In this document: one piece after another, positions 57,620 through 64,000 of the stretch
How the letters are laid out: each line of letters starts with the position of its first letter
Position numbering within the stretch: position 1 is the first letter of the stretch
DNA from: Adineta vaga
Lineage: Eukaryota > Animalia > Rotifera
NCBI GenBank assembly: GCA_021613535.1
Contig: CP075496.1
Location: 6,448,001 to 6,512,000, forward strand
Direction: 5' to 3'
DNA: 64,000 nucleotides
Translations under genes and position numbers: made by a program
The notes under the pieces: generated by a model
What the model was told of the DNA's origin: nothing
Seen by the model: the letters and a program-made list of their open reading frames with translations, nothing else
The model's database searches: none

Positions 57620-58669
57620 ATGGTTGTCTCACCCAACAACTATAATCCACCAACGATGACAAGCAATTTTACAAGAAATATAACAATTGTTTTGTTAATT
57701 ATTGCAACAATTCTGGTAGTAGCATTGACAGCTAGTATTGTACTTGTGTTTACAATTGGTAAACCGACTAGTAATAATAATAATAATTATAATACTTATA
57801 ATACTTATTATAATAATAATAGTAATAACAGCAACCAATCACAAACAATATCTCTTCCCGAACCATGTGAATGTGGATGTCCTATCATTACTCCACAAAT
57901 AACGACAAGAATTGTTAATGGTGAAGCAGCTGTTCCCAATTCATGGCCATGGCAATTATTGCTCGTTGATTTTAGTATTGATGGCGTTCCTCTTTCATAT
58001 TGTGGAGCAAGTTTAATTACTCCTCAACATGTTTTAACTGCTGCTCATTGTGTTTTTGGTTGGTCACCTCGATATGTTGGTGTTCTATCCCGTGTTCATG
58101 AATTTAATATTAGTTCATGGACAACAACAAATGCAAATATGGCTGAACGTGTCTTTGTCCATGAAAGTTATGATGATAGAACACTCAATGATGATGTTGC
58201 TGTTATTCGTTTAAAGACGCCAGTTGTCTTAGATGATCGCCTTAATTTAATTTGTCTTGCACCAAGTGATAGTAGTAGTCAACCATTAATTGAAGGCGCA
58301 GATCTTATTGCAACAGGTTGGGGTGCAATGGAAAGTGTGAATCGAACACGACCAAGTGTTTTACAACAAGTTCGTTTACAATTTGTACCTCAAACACATA
58401 CCTTATGTCAACCATTAGTAAGTGCGGATGGTACTTATCGACCTGGACAAATGTGTGCTGGCTTTCCACCTAAATCTGTATGCTTTGGTGATAGTGGTGG
58501 TCCGTTGGTACGATCAGTTGTTCATTCCAATGGAAAGAGATATTGGCAACAAGTTGGTATTATGTCTGGAACAGTTGATTGTGGTTATCAAACAAATTAT
58601 CCTGATGTTTTTGCTCGAGTTAGTTATTATTATTCATGGATTCTCGATAAAGTTCGTATTTCATCTTAA
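57620..58669 (+). CDS. Intronless type II transmembrane S1A serine protease
   Basis: N-terminal signal anchor, Asn-rich stalk, CG..R|IVNG activation site, SWPWQ, LTAAHC, DDVAVI and CFGDSGGP. Confidence 0.93.
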   Translation: MVVSPNNYNPPTMTSNFTRNITIVLLIIATILVVALTASIVLVFTIGKPTSNNNNNYNTYNTYYNNNSNNSNQSQTISLPEPCECGCPIITPQITTRIVNGEAAVPNSWPWQLLLVDFSIDGVPLSYCGASLITPQHVLTAAHCVFGWSPRYVGVLSRVHEFNISSWTTTNANMAERVFVHESYDDRTLNDDVAVIRLKTPVVLDDRLNLICLAPSDSSSQPLIEGADLIATGWGAMESVNRTRPSVLQQVRLQFVPQTHTLCQPLVSADGTYRPGQMCAGFPPKSVCFGDSGGPLVRSVVHSNGKRYWQQVGIMSGTVDCGYQTNYPDVFARVSYYYSWILDKVRISS

Positions 58670-58853
58670 TACTATGATTTCTAACGAAAACAAACAAAAA
58701 CAATTTTCGTTTTTTTTTCTATTTCGTCTTAGTTTGAATTATTTAGTTTTATTTACTATACAAATTCGATGAACGAAAAAGATTGCGCATATACCTTTTC
58801 AAATAAACAAAACAACAATAATAATAATCATAATAAAAGAGTTGAACATCATT

Positions 58854-61291
58854 CTAAAATTCAGAAATACCCCATTTACCAGCAACTTGTTTCACTTTTT
58901 GACTTAATTGTTCTTTCATTAGATTAAAACACATTGCAATCAATACAAGACCAAGTAGGATATATAATGCGGCTGAAATCAATTTTTCTTTCGCCGCTGA
59001 AACTGTTAATGATGAACCAGGTACAAAATCTCCGAACCCAATGGTTGTTAATGTAATAAAACAGAAATAGAATGAATTCAGAAAGCCCCATTTTTCCCAA
59101 ATATTGAATAGAATAGCGCCAAGAGTTAAATAAAGCGGAATGACAAAGACAGTGACAAGTAATGGTACACTCATTTGTTCATCTTCATAAAATTCTTCTT
59201 CATCATCGAATTCTTGCTGTTTTGAATAGTCGTATGGTACAGTTGTTGATTGTAATTCAAGATCGGGTTTCCATGTGACTGTTGGTGAAGATGTTGTATC
59301 ACGTGTTGCTGATTCTTCGTAATCCGGTGGAGGAGATAATGAACGTATACCTTCATTAAAACTTTGAGATTTTCGTGGTAGATGATGAGTAGATTTATTT
59401 GAAATTCCAACTGAAATTTGTTCAAGTGAACCTGCTTTATTCGTATCAGCATCAAGTGCAGGTTGTTTTTTCAATCGACGTAAGAAAAATCGTCGACGAG
59501 ATGATTTATTTATTTCTGTATCATCGGTAACTGCAGATGAAACCGAATTATTCGTAGATTTTGTATGTAATTTACGATTATGTGTAGATTCTGATTTGGA
59601 ACGTTTTAAATTTTTTTTCGATGATTTTTTTGTCTCTTTTGCTGTTTTAGTGGTAGATTCATCATGAATTATTGTTCCTGAAGGAGACAAACTACCTTCA
59701 GAAATAGAAACCTAGAAAATAAATAAATAAATAAATAGTGCAAAATTTGTCTACGAGATGTTATCTTTCTCCTAGATGAAATGAATCAATTAGATAGAAA
59801 ATCGATTGCCTCCTGTCTACAATGATAATCTTAATGAACAATGTAGTTACTTGATGAATATCGATATCATCCAAATTGGTAATATGAATCTTTTCTGGAT
59901 CTGTTTTGTTCGATATTTGATTCTGAATTGAACTTTCCAAATTATTAGTTAATTTATTTGTTTCATTGATATAGAATTGTATTGGACTAATGTCATCTAC
60001 TTGTTTTCGTTCTTGTCGGTTATTTTCTGGTGAAAATAAACTATTTTCATCTTGAAAAACATCATCAGCTATTTGATCGTCATGTTCATGGGCGGAACTT
60101 TGTTTAATTAGATCATTTATTCGACTAAGTGCATCTTTTGATCGATTACTAACTAAACTTGTTGATGATGCAACCGAATGGGATTTCTGCATTTCTGGTA
60201 ATATGCCAGTTAATAAATTTAAACGAACATCTGCTGGTAATAATTTAGGATCTATTGAAGGAGGTTTTAGTTCATTTGTTAGAGAAGTTGGTGATGGATC
60301 TATAGTCGTTGAAGAAGGAGGTTTGGATAGATGATCATCTAATGATGCTAAACAGAAGACAAAAAATAAAATATTCCTTCGAAGGAAACTTCTATTTACT
60401 TTTATTTTCGTTTGGTTGTTGTTTCATATTTGATTTGTTCATTGATTTTTCATCTAATGTAATTGCTGTTTGATTTGTTGAGATTCGAATTTTGAAACTT
60501 TTTCTTCGCTTTTTGCTTCTCCATCGACAACAAAAAATCATCGTAAGACGACTGAACACAAATGTAAACATTTGTGCCATTGTTGAACCGATATTTGCTA
60601 CGAATAACATCATCAATGGTACACCAAATGCACTATAGAGTATAGTAGCAATTTTTCCGTAGACAGTCTTTGTAGTGATATGACCATAACCTAATTGATA
60701 GAAGGATTAGAGATTAATTCTCATGTATTGAATTTACCTATCGTTGAAATAAGTGTGACAGCATAGAGAATAGCTCCCGAATAGTTCCAATCAGTTGCAG
60801 CATCAGGTCCTGTTCGTCCATCAAAACCTTTTCGAACTTGTTGTCTGACTGTTTCTTCAAATTTTTCTAATTCCTGTGTAGCATTTAATGTAAAATTGCC
60901 TTTTTTATCGATGTAAGGATATGAATTAACTCGTAAAATCACATTCCATAATTTATAAAGTGTAGTGTTCAATTCTTCACTCATTGATTGACGCATCATT
61001 TGTTCATTACCAGCTTCAAGAGCTTGAAATAATCCTCCTCCAAGTGCAACATAACCAATCATAACAAAAAAGAGTCCAACACGAGAAAACATGAAAGCAG
61101 TAAATTTTTTGCAACATGTCAAACAATTGTTTTTGGTACATACACGTTGATCACCAACTTTCGATGAATCTTTACCTGATCGACGATGCATCCTAAATAA
61201 GAATCAAATACATAGATATTTGAAAAGCAAACATGAAAGAGCGAATGGATTTTGTATCCGAATGAACATAAGCATACTTCGTTTTCGCCAT
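58854..61291 (-). CDS. Two-pore domain (K2P) potassium channel with a very long M2-M3 loop (TWK/TRESK-like architecture), 5 exons
   Basis: M1 GYVALGGGLFQALE, P1 WNYSGAILYAVTLISTIG|YG, M2 LYSAFGVPLMMLF, P2 NSFYFCFITLTTIGFGD, M4 YILLGLVLIAMCFNL. Micro-exon 1 encodes MAKTK (61291-61278). Confidence 0.93.
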
Positions 61292-64000
61292 GGATACAGT
61301 CGTCGATCGATAAACTACAAAAACCTGACCGGTACGCATTTTTTATGTTGAATATACTCGTTTAGAAAAGAGAAATTTGTTTTTCGATCATGAATGATAT
61401 ACTCAAGAAGAATTAGATCATTATGCAGATGGATACAATCGAACAACCATCGACCATATAGATATATCCAAAGACCGAGAAAGGGAAAGAGAGAGAGAGA
61501 GAGATAGAAAAAAAAAGAAAAGGAAACAGATCGGTGTCTTCTTTTCTAATCAATACAGAATAGAATACACCAGCAGTTGGAAACAGGAGGAAAAATAGCA
61601 ATAGACATTATTGTGGTTGTTAGTACTCGTTTATATGTATGCGTGCCTGATTAACTACTAACGTCATCGAACAAATACAAGAAGATACAGAGAGAAAGAA
61701 TTATGTTATCGAGCAGAGTCGGCAATCTTTTGTTACACGTCATTCTATTAGATATCGTCAGCATCTGTCACTAAAGTGACTAGTGAATCTATTCTAATAA
61801 ATGCATTTTTGAGGAAAAGAAATCAAAGCATCCAATTGCTTCTTTATCTTCATCTTTTTTTATTTGATAATGTCACGTTTGACACATTCATCCGTAAATA
61901 TATACATAGATATAAGATTTCTTTAGATGCTCTTTTTTTCTTTCAACAATTAGTTTGGTGGCATGCGGCGAAAACGAGTTTGTATTGATTTATAGTCAAG
62001 GTCGTAATGGCAAATGCATAAGTTCTTGTTTTAATATCATCACACAAAATAAACATTGAGACGACTATCCTGTCAGAATAGGAATAAAAAGAAAAGAAAA
62101 TAGATTTCTTCTAACTTCCTTCGATTTGCTTGTTATGAACTATAAAAATGAAGTTTCAATCATAAAAATTTGCCTTCGTGTATGATAGTATTTAGACAAG
62201 TGATTGACTCTACTTTGGAACGATTGTATCAAAAAATAATTTAATGAAATACTGAAAATACGGCATCTATTGAATGTAAATATATCAATCGTTTGCAATC
62301 AAAACGGACTAATGTTTGCAATCGATGGAAAAATCTATTGTTTTTCTGTATCTTTGTAAAAAGTAACAAAAATTTTGTTGAATAAATCTAAGAAAAAGTA
62401 AAATACACTATGAGAAATGGAGATCATCGATGATGCAATACATGTGATAAAGAAAATTCGAAATAATTCTACATATAGAGTTTAACATAGATAAATGGAT
62501 AAAACTGATAGTAGAAAGTCATGGATTAGAAAGTATTCATTTACTTTTTCCGTTTATTTAATTTTTCACATGAGAGATTGATCAATCAGCTGACCATTCG
62601 ATTTTCTATTACGAAAAGACAATAGAATTGGAGAGAATCTATATAAGTAAATGAACAAGTGCTTTTGACAAGAATGATTAGTGATAATGGACGCGTTAAC
62701 ATATTTTTCTTTTTGTCCAAAAGAAAACAGAATATGTAGAATGTACATAATCAATCAATGAATTCAATTAATTGTGTCTATTCATCCGATGTTGTACTTG
62801 CCATTACTAATTAGACTTTTTCTACAGAAAATATGTGTTGAGAGATCGACTCTATAGAATGCCTTGGTCTGAAACACGATCGAGATGACACCACCACTTT
62901 ATGTCTCATTTACTTTTTCTTAGCGCAAACAAACAAGGCACATTGCATTATTCTTAGCTTCTTTACCAGTCAAATAAGCAAACAAAACGAACATCTATCT
63001 GAAGCAAAGATGGCAATCAAGCAAAAGATCTGACAACTATCCTCCTATAGACAATTGATTTTTTAAGATAGATCACATACGAATAGATATAGATTTTTAT
63101 AGTTTAAGAAAGAAAGGCAAAGAATGTGAATGACCTTAGATGAAAAGTTATTATTAAGAAGAAGAAGAAGAATAGGAAGGTTCTTTTCCCATCAAGTCAA
63201 TTTAGTGAATAATGTTTATATCAAACTATTAATGAACGTTCACAAAGATAAAATGCATTATTAGATTCAACATTATGTATGCGAATATAGATTCATATAA
63301 CATAAAAGAAAATGATTGACTATTAACAGATAATGAAGCGAAAGAATAAAGAAATAGTACTATTATGACAATAGTAATGCTATTAAGATTGCCTCCTAAA
63401 TAAGATCGATTCATTTAACAAACTAATTTTGTTGTTACTTACATTGTTTAATGAATGATGATTGATATAGAAAGGAATGCTTTACTCGATATATTCTTTT
63501 TGCGATAGTTTTATCGACGTTTCTTATCCTCAACTTTATTACTTTGATAGATTACAATGTCCTTCATTTTGCTTGAATCTCAAAGGCAAAGAATGCACAT
63601 ATCCATCTTATAATCCATTGAGATCTAAGAAACATTCTTTTGTCAAAGTGTACATCTCATTATTCATTCGTATGATGATAAGTAAATATAATTTACTAAT
63701 GCTTTACCGTTCATTTATTGGAACTTGACTATGTAATGGTAATAGAAGTACGCGACTTAATCGTCGCACAACTGCATATCGACTTGCACTCATCTTGGTT
63801 GATTTTGAATCATTCACTAAACTGGTTCTTTGCCAACGAGAAAAAGAGTACAAATGATTATATAAATAAAATCGTTCGATTCCTTCCTCTCGTATCTCTC
63901 ATCTCCATTTTCTTCTTTCTCTGCTTCTTTTTCTTCTTTTACCAATGATGAGAGAAAGATTTTCTTCGAAATACTTACGTTAATGATGTTTTTTTGTCTT

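Overview
AT-rich (about 30% GC by eye), gene-dense animal genomic DNA with many 50-65 nt GT-AG introns. The style suggests a bdelloid rotifer, which is an inference. About 20 protein-coding genes can be reconstructed: alpha-amylase (5'-truncated), a Crk-like adaptor, Rab28, a tyramine-type GPCR, ATP synthase epsilon, single-minded, V-ATPase G, RPL8, PP2C, alpha-neurexin, a secreted antistasin-like protein, FAM172A, SYAP1, PDHA, a basigin-like Ig protein, an unknown low-complexity protein, Distal-less, NOP58, an intronless type II membrane serine protease and a K2P channel. Three intronic box C/D snoRNAs are present: two in RPL8 and one U31/snR67-like in NOP58. No transposon, tRNA, rRNA, CRISPR or clearly foreign gene was recognised. 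The most notable observations are: an operon-like PDHA-SYAP1 junction where an AATAAA lies about 33 nt before an acceptor with no obvious partner donor; a Crk lacking its N-terminal SH3; a -1 frameshift linking an antistasin domain to a mucin-like tail; a basigin lacking the intramembrane Glu; an amylase lacking the chloride-binding Arg; and snoRNA guides with no recognised target.
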